From Lingula anatina (Eukaryota > Animalia > Brachiopoda), in assembly GCA_051362555.1 (NCBI GenBank), contig CM120647.1, forward strand, positions 11,136,651 through 11,200,650: a stretch of 64,000 nt of DNA, read 5' to 3'. The position numbers were made by a program, and so were the translations under genes. Shown here in pieces: positions 1 to 13,375 of the stretch (the first letter of the stretch is position 1; every line of letters starts with the position of its first letter). The notes under the pieces are model-generated. The model had not been told where the DNA came from, did no database searches, and saw only the letters and a program-made list of their open reading frames with translations.

Positions 1-84
1 AAAGTTATTATTTTTTTGAGATAATGCTTTTTCCAACTTAATCCGTCTCCGAATTGACTGGAAGAGCCACTACATTGTTTTCAG

Positions 85-3000
85 ACAAGGATGAATGTGC
101 TCTCGGCGTGGCCAATTGCCACGTGCTGGCATCGTGTGTCAACACCCAGGGGTCTTTCTCTTGTGTCTGCAACTCTGGATATACTGGGGACGGAACCACG
201 TGCACTGGTAGATACCCTTTGTCACTGAATATACAAGCGGTTTCAAAAGCCTTTTTTTCAAAAACAGAAAGGCAGGATCCGCCCATTTTTGAGCAATTTA
301 TTATCTTTATTATTAACTAACTAATATAACTTAATGTGTTTTTATTTATCCATTTATTTACCTGTTTGTTGGCTTGTTATCCCATGACCCTTAAGTGTTG
401 GAAAATATATTCGCCTTCTGTTTTAATCTGGGCAAACCTCATTTATACCCCTTAACAAACACCCACCCTCAGCAAAAGCTCACATTTGCCTGTGGTCAAA
501 TTGCGATTCCTTTCAGATCTCGACGAATGCGCAGCATTGAACAATGAAGGATGTGACCAAGTGTGTTTAAATAACAGAGGTTCCTTTAGTTGTGACTGTA
601 ACGTCGGTTATCAACTGACGGGTGACGGTGTCACTTGCCAAGGTAAGGCCAAATAGTTAACACAGGTACTGTTGTTTAATACATGAAGAAAATATTTTGT
701 AATCTACATGTAGGAATGCAAAGTAAGCATTTATTATTCTGCATGGTAAAATGATGTACTAGTAAGGCAACATATATTTATAAAAATTAAACGCATTTTA
801 AACACAATACAAAAGTGATGTACCAAAACGGGAAGGCACTTTAGGAATTTTCTTTCGTACTTTTACTTGACTAAAACGTATACTAGTTGTATGGTTCCCA
901 AGCAAACTCATATCTTTGTCTTAAATCAGTTTTAGTCAATATGCAGTATTCTTCTCAATGTTCATTTTTGCATGTTTTTAAAATTAGTTTTCCTTTTCGT
1001 TGACAGATATCGATGAATGCCAGCAAAACATCTGTTCTCACTTTTGCACGAACACAAACGGATCTTTCACCTGCACCTGTCAGGCCGGCTATTTGATGAA
1101 TGCAGATGGGGTCACATGCGATGGTAAGTGAACGATAGATGGCGTGATGTACATGTATTTTTTATGTGACTGATAATTGGTGTTTTGTATGATGGTGAGT
1201 GAGAACAGGTGGCGTGGCAATGATACACTTCAAGGTACGGAGTGTGGTAGTCTAACGGTTCTAGTAAATGGTATGTTAAGGGGTTAATAAGCAGTCTATG
1301 AAGCGACATCTCACAAATATAAGAGGGACACATATGCAATTCCAATATATTTCAAATGCAAAAATCTACAGATGATATCTTTTGGTCTCTTTGCCCTAGC
1401 TGACTGAGTAAAACGCATCATGCACCACGTGCTACTTCTATATAGGACAGCGAAAAAAAGGTCGTAGTACGTAGCACTACACTGTATATATCCTGTTGTG
1501 TTGTATTACAGATGTAAATGAATGCAGCACCAATAACGGAGGCTGTGCACAGGTGTGTAACAACCTACCTGGTTCCTTCCGGTGTGAATGTAGCCCGGGA
1601 TACCAGTTTGGACAAGACGGTATTACGTGTGAAGGTAAGTGCACTTCCATAAAACACTTAAGGTGCATTCACAGAGATTTAGATCGATCCATCCGGGTCG
1701 ACCTAACTCCCTCGGATTCAAGCTAAATTGCAGTCAGCCGAGCGCGCACGACTGTTAATTACCCCCTTACAGCTTTTAGTAGGCCGGACAGACGCTTAAG
1801 CCGGCTAAGCTGACAGTAATCTAGTGAGACTTCCCACAGGGATAGATCGATCTAAAATCTGTGGGAATGGGGTATTAGGCACGCTACAGCCTCGTGACGT
1901 CATGTCGACACCATGCAGATGCCACAGTTTATTATGCACCTTTGTCAAATCCATGTGAGTCCATTTTAAAGTTGATATTTAGATATTTCTTGAAGGAGAG
2001 CATGTGGTGATCCCCAGAATGTTGCATATAATACTGCATGCATTTTTTGTCCTCGTTTCTGTTACAGATATAAATGAATGCAACTCGTTCAATGGAGGGT
2101 GCCAAGACATTTGTGAAAACACCCTGGGGTCATTTGTATGCAAATGTAACATTGGGGAACTCAGCAGCGACGGCCTGAGCTGTGAAGGTAATGGCATTTA
2201 AAAGCTCTTTATCATATTTCTATAGGACCGATTTACTTATAATTAGGTATATAAGAAAACAAAGTCAGATTATTTGTTTTTAATGGAATGTCTATTAGCA
2301 GAAAATAATTTTTGAATAATTGCTCTCTTTTTTATTTTTTCTTTTATTTATTTATTTATCTATTTTATTTATTTATTTTTGACAAATAAATGTGTTTGCC
2401 TATAATTAAGCACATAATGTGTATATCCATTATTTTTTTTTTGGATTGAACACTTTACAGATAGTTTAAATGTGATCAAATGCTGCGGTGATTTAGTACA
2501 AATATGATATTGTATAATTTACAGTTCAATATTCTCAATGTATTGTATATATGTTGGTTCCTGTTATTCTTCTAATACATAATTTTCTTTACCTCAATCA
2601 GCAACCAAGGAACCAAGCGTGTTCCAACGTAACAGCATAGCTCGTAAACTTTTGCCACGAGGGTGTGCTGTGGTCACACTGACTCGTTGTACAGAGGGCG
2701 CTGATGTAGAAGTCCGTCTTTCATCCACAGCTGAATGGTACAAGTTGACTTCTGACCCCAATATCATATTCACACTTGGTATCGTCTTTATTGAAGTGAA
2801 CGACATTGCCCTTCCAATGTCAATCACGGGTATGGAAATACACAACCCTAATGGTAACTTCATGATGCAAATGGGATCTTTGACTTATGGTGAATCGGAC
2901 GGAACCGTGCTGGCAACCGACCGAAACAATGATTGCCTTTCATTTAATCTAACGCCTAGAGATGTGTTTGACTTTGTTTCATCCGGGTCTTTCTTGTCGA

Positions 3001-5190
3001 CATTCTTGGAGAATATCTACAAAGCGCTGCCAAACTGGATCAAATTCACGTCAACGGGATTCGATATTCTTTCAATCAATCAACTGAAGACGGACCTTTT
3101 GCATGGGCGAGATGTTCAGAAAGTACAGGCATGTCGTGGTGCGCCTTTGTTCGATAACAAACTCTACACCATCTTCCAGTTTAGAAGTGGTTTCAGCCTT
3201 AGCGTCTATGGCAACGAAATATCTCTCCCAAAGCCATTGAACGGAACTGAGTTTTGTCTTATCGTTGACATTTGCAGAGCCTATGGCGGCACGGTTTTCC
3301 TGATGTTTCCTCCGGGATCTAGAGAGCTTCTCAGTCAGCTGAAGGTGATAAGTGATATGGAGGAGAAGGGTGGTTTTAAGTTGTTCCTTAATGGTATTGG
3401 TTTGTCAATAGTTAAGGAGATAAACGTACACTACACAGCATCAGAGTTGACGTTCTGGAATGGGGATGGATTCTTCCAGTACCCGTAAGAAATTACCCAT
3501 GCTATTTTTCGTGCCATTAATCTTTAGCAATTATCATTTAATAAAATTCCAGAAAAAAACATATTGCAGGGTATCTGCCCTTTATTTTGTTACCGAATTT
3601 TATATCTGATGCCATCAATTGCTTTTCGTGTTACTTTTTTTCTTTATACTTAAGGAGTTATTATTAATATTATTATTAATATTATTAATATTAATCGTGC
3701 TCTAAATATATACAGATTGATGCAGAGTACTTAATGTATGAAAACAAGTTAAGATATTTTCAAATTATATATTTTTTATTGAAAATAAAAATTATCATTT
3801 TAGAGTATTCCCAAAAGCGCACATGTGGCTTGGTGGTGGCATTACCAAGAATACCAGCGTCTACGACATCTCCGCTGAAACCGATATATACCTAGGATTT
3901 CCCCGTAACCCACTCTCAGTAAGATATCTAGTTAATTGCACATCGCAATGGTCACCAGCTCACCTTAGCAGGCCTAAAGATATGATAAATCTTAATGTGA
4001 ATAATAAAGAAGAAACGGAGAATATATGGTAAAACAGGCTACGAGATTCACAGATTTAAACCGGTGTGATATCTATGTCTGTCCTTTAATAAAGATTCAG
4101 AGTAGTTGCAGTTTTAACTAAAGCTTATATCCCACTTTCAAAAAAAGGGGAATTAGCAAATCCCATAACACCATGTTTGTATCATGTATCCATATTATTT
4201 TGGGTGTTAATTTTAACATAACATATCAGCCCCATCCCCTTCCATAAGAGTTGTTATATATACAGCTGTCAAAACCGGATAATAGCCACTTGCCACTGAT
4301 AATTACTATCATGCTGAGTTTGGTACACCATAATTTGATCATTTCAGCTTCTTTCTCACGTATTCTTAGAGGAGTGGAATGCTATTGTGAGACTCAACGT
4401 AGTTGCATCGTGCACCCTAAAATTTAAGTTGTTAGGCAAGCAGCGAAGCATAAGACTTCAAGAGCTTGGTATTTCCAGTCTGGAAACCCACATGTCAATC
4501 GGCGGTAAGAGCTAGGGCTCTCTCTCATCCGTTTACCTCTCTCTCTGTACCTCTCTCACTCTCTCATTCACACACACAGACACACAACATATTGCACAAG
4601 TTCGTGTTTTCCAACAAAGTTGTTACAATGTGAATCACCCCGTTCTTACCAGGCCTAGAACCAAGACAGTGGTGCGGAGCAAACGCCAACCCTCCAGGAA
4701 TCTTCCTGTCACTTCGGCTCAGCATCAACCCCTTCAGGAACATCCCCATACTAGGTAAGTCAAATTGTTTAAAGAGCAGATTAATGTTCTGAAAGCTGTG
4801 TATTTGTTGATTTTAATATTTTAATATAAAAAAAATAAATTATTTTGTCATTTAAATCTCCCATTACCGAGAGGGAAATGTCGGTTTTATCTAACAATTA
4901 TTGGAAGACAAACACAGATGTACTGGTATCTTTTGGCCGCATGAAGTGAGAATATTAAAGAAGACATTTTGGCCAAAACAAGTTACTTTTATAGCCAGTT
5001 CGCGGTAGGGAATTATTGCTGCGGTTTTACGATTGACAATTTGCCTTTAATTATCGATGTTGAAAACAGTCTTAACCTTGGGCTAAGATTATACGGCTAA
5101 AGTATATGCAAATGCAACTCTGCGATATTGCATTTTTCAAGAGTTTTCTTTTAATGATTGACCCACAATAAATAGATCTTACTTGAAAGA

Positions 5191-5233
<43 letters not shown>

Positions 5234-8200
5234 AGCAGGCCAATGTTTGCTAAGGCCACACTTTTTTAATTTTATGGATGACATCCTGCGCGCGCACCGA
5301 TTTTCGTCCGTTCTCAAAAAAAAAAAAAAAAAATCCCCCCCCCCCAAACCGCCCCCCCCCCCCCCCCAAAGGAAGTCGGTTGTCGCAAACATCGTTATTG
5401 AATTTGCCGGAAAATGCAATCGGCAATTCTCTGCTAATTCCGCAAGCTCCATACTGTCATTGTCGACTGCGGAGACATCCGAGTAGTTCCGAGTGTGGAA
5501 AATGAGCTTTCTGCGCATGCGTATTATCACCACATGGAAATATGGCCGTTTTGCTGTCAACTTCATCTCTAGCATTAATTTCAAAATACACGACAATTAA
5601 AGTCATAAAGAGAACGGGGGCCGTCGTTTTGGATTGGTTTGCCATTGATATTGGACATGGAGATATCACCCTTTTACAATTTTACGAAAGGCTGGCCGCG
5701 GCCAGCAATCATCGCCCGGAAAATTTCAGTGACATTCTGTCCAAAGCAGCACATACCAGTTTCTTTTTGGAGCGAAAAAAGGGTCGACAAGAGCGTCGCG
5801 GTATTTGGTGGACTGAAGGTCGGACAGGCCACCCGATAGTTGGCTGCTAGCGTGTGAGTCGAAGTAGACAAAATGGCATCGACCGAAATTACCTTAGTAG
5901 TAGGAAGCATAGGCCTATCTTTGCTTAATTTTTTTAACAATTCTGTGAAGTGTTTACAATGCTTTAATTTTCTGAGAGTACAAATAAAGACACGCTTTTT
6001 ATTTGATATTTGTTTTATTGGTTTCTATACCAACAGAATGCATGAAATAACCTTAAATAGATTTGGTAATATGCAGCATATATATTCATGACTTTTTACC
6101 TTTCTACGAAGTAGGCCCTATTCACAATGCTTTAATATTTTGAGAGCATGGATAAAGACATGTTGTTAGTTTGATACGTGTTTCTGTGGTAAATTTGTGT
6201 TTCCAGCTGTGTACTGAAAACATAACTTTTCTTAAGCAGTTTTTTTTTTTTTTGGACTGTTTTTTTTTTTTTCGCCCGCTCGCACCGACTTTGGGGTCCC
6301 CAGAGGATGTCATCCATAAAAATAAAAAAGTGTGGCCTAATGGTACCTTTTAAGACTAAGGCATGGTAGGTTAATATTTTAGTCCATAAACGCTTTTGTG
6401 AAACAAGCCTCAGATGTCATAATCACGTCTTAACCGGTATACCGTACACGTGACTCTATACAATGACATTACCATAATATTTACATTTGTCAAACAATGA
6501 CAAGGGGAAGCCTCGTGTTTTCATTTGTTCATTATTCTCAAAACAATAGGTCTTTTGCAGAAAAATCGAATATTGACACTCAAAAAAAAAAAAAAAAAAA
6601 AAAAAAAGGTGGGGAGGGGGGGGTAACAGTCACTTATAAATTAACTGAATTATTTATTCCCCACTAGGTGATTGGGTGTTCTATAATCGACACTCGGTCT
6701 ATGCTTTCGTTACCTACGACCAGTCGGACAAGATCAAGAACCTGCCGACTGTTGATCTTCTTCAAGACATCGTAGATATCCAACAAATCGTGAATCATTT
6801 TATGGAGGTAGGCAAAATTACAGATACAGATTACAAATTACAGTGGCAATCATGGTAATATCAAAATCAATATTCGTTCACTATTTAAAATTGTGTCAAT
6901 CTGTATAAAAATATGTTATTTTTATGTGTTATGTTTTGTTATGTTTTAAAAAGAAATAGCACTCCGTTTACGACTTGATGACTTGAGAGTTTTGAAAATG
7001 ATTTTGTTCTCGTGCGAAGGTTGGTGACGACGTATGGATCTTTATACTCTTGACGGCAAGTGTGCGTATTTGGGCTGTTTAGAAAATGAACGTTACATAT
7101 TATTCATTTTTATCATGCCAAATATCAATGATTGGTTTTAGGTGCTAAATCAAAATCTAGAGAGGTTCAAGGATCTCCTCTCCAATACAGCGGCAGCACT
7201 GCTTAATTTAGTTCACACCACCCTCGCTGATCTTAAGGCTGCCATTCAGGAAATTGTAGGCGATTTGCAAAATCTCACATTCCCCGATTTCTCTGTCGTA
7301 TTAGACACCATCCGTAATGCATGGACTGTCCTTAAAATGGCAGCACAGAACTTCTTTGACGCCGTTGAGTTCAATGTTGAAATCGCCAAACACAACTTTA
7401 CGGAGATGATCAAATTCGAGGTGAATCGCATTAAGGGAAATGTGGATGCAGCAATCGAAAAGGCGCTTGGTGAGGTAAATTCGGCCACTGATGATATTTC
7501 TGGGTTCGGGGTACGCTACAAGACGACCATTAAATTTTTAGGTCTGGAGATATATGGACTTCAAGTTGAGTTTGTTTACTCATTGGGAAAGATGGGACAG
7601 TGTAGCAGGTTTCAGAAGGTCTACCAATTGTTAGCTGGAGAGAAAGCAGCCCGGGTTTGGGCAATCGTTTCCACGGGACAGAACCTGGGTTATTTCTTGA
7701 AATTAAAGAAAGGGTCGGGAGTCGGAGCTGCCTTTAGCATTGACCACGATGTAACTATTCTGCAGCTTCACGCTGAGGTCGGTTTATTGGGCATCAAAGC
7801 TGAAGCCGACGTATTTTTATCGAAGAATGGCTTGACCACTTACCTTGAAGGTAAGGTATGGAGCCTCTTCCGCGCCCGGTTGACGATGTCGGCCGAGCTT
7901 GGTAAAGAGTGGTATCAACTGACATACATTGTGGAGGGTTCACTACTGCCTGGCGGAAATGACTCTTTTGAAGGGAGCTTCCTTGACGCGCTTAAGGAAT
8001 TTGCCAACAACCTTGCCAACGAAGCCAACAAACGAGTAACCCAAGCACAGCAAGGTCTAACTTGGGCTCAAGGTAAGCTAACCAAGGCCCAGAACTGGCT
8101 TGAGGAGAAAAAGGCAGATGTTCGCAGGGCAAATGGCGCATTTGATAGCGCCGTTGCAGCTCTAGAACGTGCCAAGCAGAAACTGGAGGCCGCAAAGGGA

Positions 8201-10676
8201 CCTTTCCGCAGAGCTCTGGAAAAACTGAAAGCTGCACAAAAGGATGTAGACAGTCTGTGTAGGATAAGAGATTGCGGGAAAATCTGTATACCAGGACTAA
8301 AATGTAAATGGTGCCATAAGAAAATCTGGGGAGTCAGAATCCCTTACCCTTGCTGTAGGTGGACAAGCTGCATGGTCGAGATACCGGATCCTATCTGTGT
8401 GGCTGCTAATGTGGTCTGTAGGGGAATCCGGTTGGTCGCATATGGCGTCCTAGAAGTGGCCAAGATAGCTGTTAAAGCCCCTATGGTCGCCCTGGATGTT
8501 GCCAAGGCCGGTATTTCGGTGGCACAGATCGTGGTAGACAAGTCGAGGGTGGTGTTGGACATCGCAGTAGGTGCTTTGGAAGTGGCCAAGATTGCATTGG
8601 AAGGCGTTAAAGCGTCATTTGATGTTGCCAAGGCCGCTCTTGAAGCAGTAAAGTTTGCAGTTAGAGCGGCCTTCAAAGTGTTTGAGTTGATCGCTTCAGG
8701 GCTGCAGACTATAATAGACGTTAGGCAGTGTGGGTTCCGAGTGGAGCTTTCTACTGTCGATTTACCTATTTTCGACGTGTTGTGTGAAGTCAATGCTTTC
8801 CGCCTCGGTTGGAGAACCGTAGGGATAAGGATCAACTTCAAAAATATAGTGCAGAGCATATTAGAAGCAGCTAAAGCTACCGTAAATGCACTACTCGATG
8901 CACTCAAAAACACTATTAGCGGACGAAAACGGCGCGAGATAGAGTTTGACGTGAACGCCAAAATGCACACCTTATACCGGGTGATTCGCCAAACTGGCAG
9001 CATCGAAGCAGGAGAACAACTATTGAATGAAACCCTCGACGTAAAGAACAGCATCACTGGCTTCAAGAACAGCACCAATGAGGATCTCAACAACCTTAGT
9101 GATAAGGAAAATAGAGTTAATCTATTTGCAGAAAAATGTGAGACTTTTAACGAAGCGGAGGGATTTCTGCGTCGCGTTTTTGACTCCCTTTTAAGTGTTG
9201 CAACTGACTCCAAAGCATCGTTAGACAACGTGACAGTCATGCTGGAGACCTTCCCAGATGTCGACACCCCTCAACTATCAAATGGATCATTGGCCTCTTT
9301 CGGGGTTAATGTCACGATCGGTGAATCTGATTACAATCTGACGGCTGAGCAGATGGAGGCGACGTTTTCGAAGACCATGGCGAACATCAAGGATGATCCG
9401 GAACTGAAAGAGGCCCTGGGAGCCTCTACGTTCGCCAAGAGTATAATTTTGCAGGAGACAGAACAAGCAGCGAAGATGGCTTTAGTGGAAATGTGGATCA
9501 GGGTCGCAGAAAATATTACGTCAACCACATATCCGCCGGATGTCTGTGCCAACTTCAGAGACTGTGTGCTGTACGATCTTGGACGTTTGTATGACCTATA
9601 TGATACCAATCTACAGTTGCCGGGTGTCCAAAGCATCAAGGGTTATCTTCCCACTCTGGAGAATTCAATCCTTGCACTTGTGAACAGCGTGGAAGGCATC
9701 GACGTCAATGAAGCTTATCGACATAGCCGAGAGATCATGGATCTTCTTGATAGCACCAAGTCCCATGATGTTTTCTGTAAAACCGCACCGCAAATCATTG
9801 CGGGACCTAGAAACACCACTGTTACGACTGGAGAGTCAGTGCAGTTCACATGTCAGGCAACTGGTGATCCCACACCGGACTACTCCTGGTTTAAGGATGG
9901 AGAGGCTCTGGGAATAACCTCGAAGACCTTGCGCTTGAAATCGGCGTCAGATTCTGATGCAGGGGCGTACTCGTGCCGAGCTGAAAATTACATTGCTGGC
10001 GATGACTCAGAACCTGGATACCTAACAGTCACTAACAATGGTAAGGAGGGTATCTCTTTGTCTCTTCCTTTCTCTCCGGATGCGTTTACAATAAAATTAA
10101 CTCTTTAGGCAAATCGATCTAAAGCCGCGGGGTTTCTCGGTAAATGCAATCAGATTAGCAGAATGACACGCCCAGTCAGCAACCTTTCTGTCTTGCATTC
10201 GACACCTTGAGGAAGCGTGTTAATCTTTTTATCTGATTGCATTCAGCGAGAGTGAATGCAGAGTTTGATACCTAGTACCCCATTTTCATTGTAACGCATT
10301 GCGAATCGACTTGGTTTCCCACCGTTAGAATATTTATATGCGTGTAGGCAAACTACAAATACAACGACGAACCCAGACCATTAGACTCAACGTTATATCT
10401 AGACACATTCAACTGTAAGAAAACGTACAGCCACTCAGACAGTTGATGACGCAATAATCCGATTCCTTTTTTCCAGTTATTTCGTGTCCGACTGCTTTCG
10501 CCATGATGCCCCACCCCTTCGACTGTAGAAGGTTCGTTGTGTGCGTGTGGTCAACCCCCGTGGTCATGACCTGCCCCAGTAGCCAAGACGGTCATCTTGT
10601 TTGGGACCAGAGCCAACTGAGGTGCAACTACGTCCGCAACGTACCGGGATGTCAACATGACCAGCCCGGCGAGTGA
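85..10676 (+). CDS. Large multidomain extracellular protein, 5' end upstream of the window: at least 5 cbEGF, uncharacterised region, long helical hairpin with Cys-rich tip, furin site, Ig (I-set), chitin-binding type 2 (CBM14/peritrophin-A)
   Basis: Twelve GT-AG exons join in frame: 85-207, 517-642, 1007-1123, 1512-1634, 2068-2187 (each a phase 1-1 D-x-[DN]-E-C...C EGF), 2602-3484, 3804-3918, 4348-4504, 4653-4754, 6668-6807, 7142-10040, 10477-10676 (TGA). About 1,700 aa lie in the window. Ig motifs [19 protein letters not shown] and [11 protein letters not shown]; RKRR at 8924-8935; last exon [20 protein letters not shown]...CP...[12 protein letters not shown]...C. Confidence 0.88.
1661..1874. 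mobile_element. ~215-bp MITE, Tourist/Harbinger-like (family B, copy 1), in an EGF-gene intron
   Basis: Imperfect TIRs (CATTCACAGAGATTTAGATCGATC ... GATCGATCTAAAATCTGTGGGAATG). TTA on both flanks (1658-1660, 1875-1877). A diverged reverse-complement copy lies at 63366-63580. Confidence 0.7.
5254..6337. mobile_element. Non-autonomous PIF/Harbinger-type element (family A, copy 1), intronic
   Basis: 34-bp TIR GGCCACACTTTTTTAWTTTTATGGATGACATCCT; 3-bp TSD TAA (5251-5253 / 6338-6340); near-identical to 11453-12530; no credible ORF. Confidence 0.92.
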
Positions 10677-11452
10677 AATCAGACGTTGATCACGTGAATA
10701 CCATGTTGTTATCACATGATAATGATATAGCAACGTGTAAGCAATGTCAAGCTAATCAGGCATGTTTGAAGTGAGATGCTTTCGCTGTTATCCTTTTTCA
10801 TGCGCTCTTACGCGTAATATAATACATTATTTGACATACATAGGTATTCATATTATCTTTAATTACTGGTCTGCTTGTAGAAAAGAACCCTTCGTAGACT
10901 GATACTTTGTCTAAAATGCAGTACTTTACACATCTATACAATGATGTAGCCCTGTTAAAAGACAATATAGAACAATACAATGTATTTGTTAGCTTAATCT
11001 GTTATAATATTAGTTATGATCGCAAAAACACTGTGTACCAATTTTAAAGATTGATCAACTGAAGTTAAACTAAATATTTATATTTATAACCATCCGTAAG
11101 CGTTGTTTATATTTTGTAAAAAAATATTTATGTATGCTCTCTATGTACATTAAAACTAAGACAATTGTACCATGAGGATTGTGCATGCAATATTAACAGT
11201 GAGCGCGGATGGCCGCTTATAGCCGCAGCGCCTTTATAGGCTTTTAACTGAAGTCAAAAATTATCAGCCCAATTTGCCGACCTTTCTCAAAATGACGTAT
11301 CTCATCAACTGTCTATTTACGTTAGGATCACCATGGAATGAATTTTTCCTTGGTCGTGCTCTCCATAAGAGCGCGTCGCGCACCGTTGGTGCAGTTGAGA
11401 TACGAGCGTAAAGGAGTGTCTCAACAACTGCATTCCCTCCTTTTATTCATTA

Positions 11453-11515
11453 GGCCACACTTTTTTATTTTTATGGATGACATCCTGCGCGCGCACCGAT
11501 TTTCGTCCGTTCTCA

Positions 11516-11551
<36 letters not shown>

Positions 11552-12530
11552 AGGAAGTCGGTTGTCGCAAACGTCGTTATTGAATTTGCCGGAAAATGCA
11601 ATCGGCAATCCTCGGCTAATTCCGCAAGCTCCATACTGTCATTGTCGACTGCGGAGACATCCGAGTAGTTCCGAGTGCGGAAAATGAGCTTTCTGCGCAT
11701 GCGTATTATCACCACGTGGAAATATGGCCGCTTTGCCGTCAAATTCATCTCTAGCATTAATTTCAAAATACACGACAATTAAAGTCATAAAGAGAACGGG
11801 GGCTGTCGTTTTGGATTGGTTTGCCATTGATATTGGACATGGAGATATCACCCTTTTACAATTATACGAAAGGCTGGCCGCGGCCAGCGATCATCGCTCG
11901 GAAAATTTCTGTGACATTCTGTCCAAAGCAGCACATACCAGTTTTTTTTTTGTAGCGAAAAAAGGGTCGACAAGAGCGTCGTGGTATTTGGTGGACAGAA
12001 GGTCGGACAGGCCACCCGATAGTTGGCTGCTACGTGTGAGTTGAAGTAGACAAAATGGCATCGACCGAAATTACCTTTTTTAGATTTGGTAGTAGGAAGC
12101 ATAGGCCTATCTTTGCTTCATTTTTTTTAACAATTCTGTGAAGTGTTTACAATGCTTTAATTTTCTGAGAGTACAAATAAAGACACGCTGTTTATTTGAT
12201 ATTTGTTTTATTGATTGCTATACCAACAGAATGCATGAAATAACCTTAAATAGATTTGGTAATATGCAGCATATATATTCATGACTTTTTGCCTTTCTAC
12301 GAAGTAGGCCCTATTCACAATGCTTTAATATTTTGAGAGCATGGATAAAGACATAGTTAGTTTGATACGTGTTTCTGTGGTAAATTAGTGTTTCCAGCTG
12401 TGTACTGAAAACATAACTTTTCTTAAGCAGTTTTTTTTTTTTGGACTGTTTTTTTTTTTTTTTTTCGCCCGCTCGCACCGATTTTGGGGTCCCCAGAGGA
12501 TGTCATCCATAAAAATAAAAAAGTGTGGCC
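11453..12530. mobile_element. Non-autonomous PIF/Harbinger-type element (family A, copy 2), intergenic
   Basis: Perfect 34-bp TIR; 3-bp TSD TTA (11450-11452 / 12531-12533); same orientation as copy 1. Confidence 0.92.
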
Positions 12531-13294
12531 TTAAGGGTACTTTTTCACTGCTGATCATCGTCAGTAGAGCATTTTCCATTCATTTCAGAAAATTTAATTG
12601 AACGTCTTTTGTCATTCTATGCTGCGTTAACTTGTTTTAATTTTGAACACAACTTACGAATAATTCTCCTTCATGAACTTTTGGGTGTTATCATGTACTA
12701 AATGCCGTTTCTTTCTCAGCTAATGTTATCATGTTGTTCTGATTTCGTAGCACGGTTTGTTAATGTTATACAAATTAACCACAAAATAGGCCTTCTATGA
12801 CCAAAATAGAGAAAATATAAACCGCAATAGTCAATATTTTTATATTTAAAATGGTAGAAATTATCAGTTCAAAACTAGACAAATATTTGCAGTCGTGACA
12901 AGGCATCGATAATACCGTTCATATCAGATACTGCTATTTGAGACTAAACCAAAACTGGGAAATGATCAAATTAAGCACATATCCACAGGACGACTGTTTT
13001 TAGTATAGCATTAAGCAAAATTTTAAAGGACCTCCTGATAAATATTTCAGATTACTTAAGCCAACTCATGTGAACAGTCACCCTTCCGCCCCTTTCTGAT
13101 GCTTAGAAATCTTGAACCTAAGTAGTTATCAAAGGCTTATTAATCATTAACTGCCCAATTTATCAGTTCTGCCATAGAGTATTATGTATTCCGATAACCT
13201 GGTTCTCTAAACTAACTTGAGAACACCGCACGCCTGGCATTTGAGATCATCATAAGACACGTTTAATTTGGACGCGTTTTGTCTTCATTTACGG

Positions 13295-13302
13295 TATATA
13301 AA
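13295..13302 (+). promoter_or_regulatory. Candidate TATA box of the Link-module gene
   Basis: TATATAAA about 80 bp upstream of ATG 13376. Motif only; a second TATATAAA lies at 13361-13368. Confidence 0.35.
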
Positions 13303-13375
13303 TCACTGTTCATTGTAATATAAAAAGTTTGATATCACATCAAGAACAAAACAAGGACAGTATATAAACATCACG

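Noticed and set aside
5254-6337. Family A element as a derivative of the 55-60 kb Harbinger
   Set aside because: TIRs share only GGCC and target triplets differ (TWA versus CWG).
5072-6353. Cluster of short ORFs repeated at 11338-12579
   Set aside because: They lie inside the non-autonomous element, cross homopolymer runs and are not frame-conserved between copies.
8344-9639. 307-aa and 102-aa antisense ORFs
   Set aside because: Shadows of the long sense exon; no motifs.
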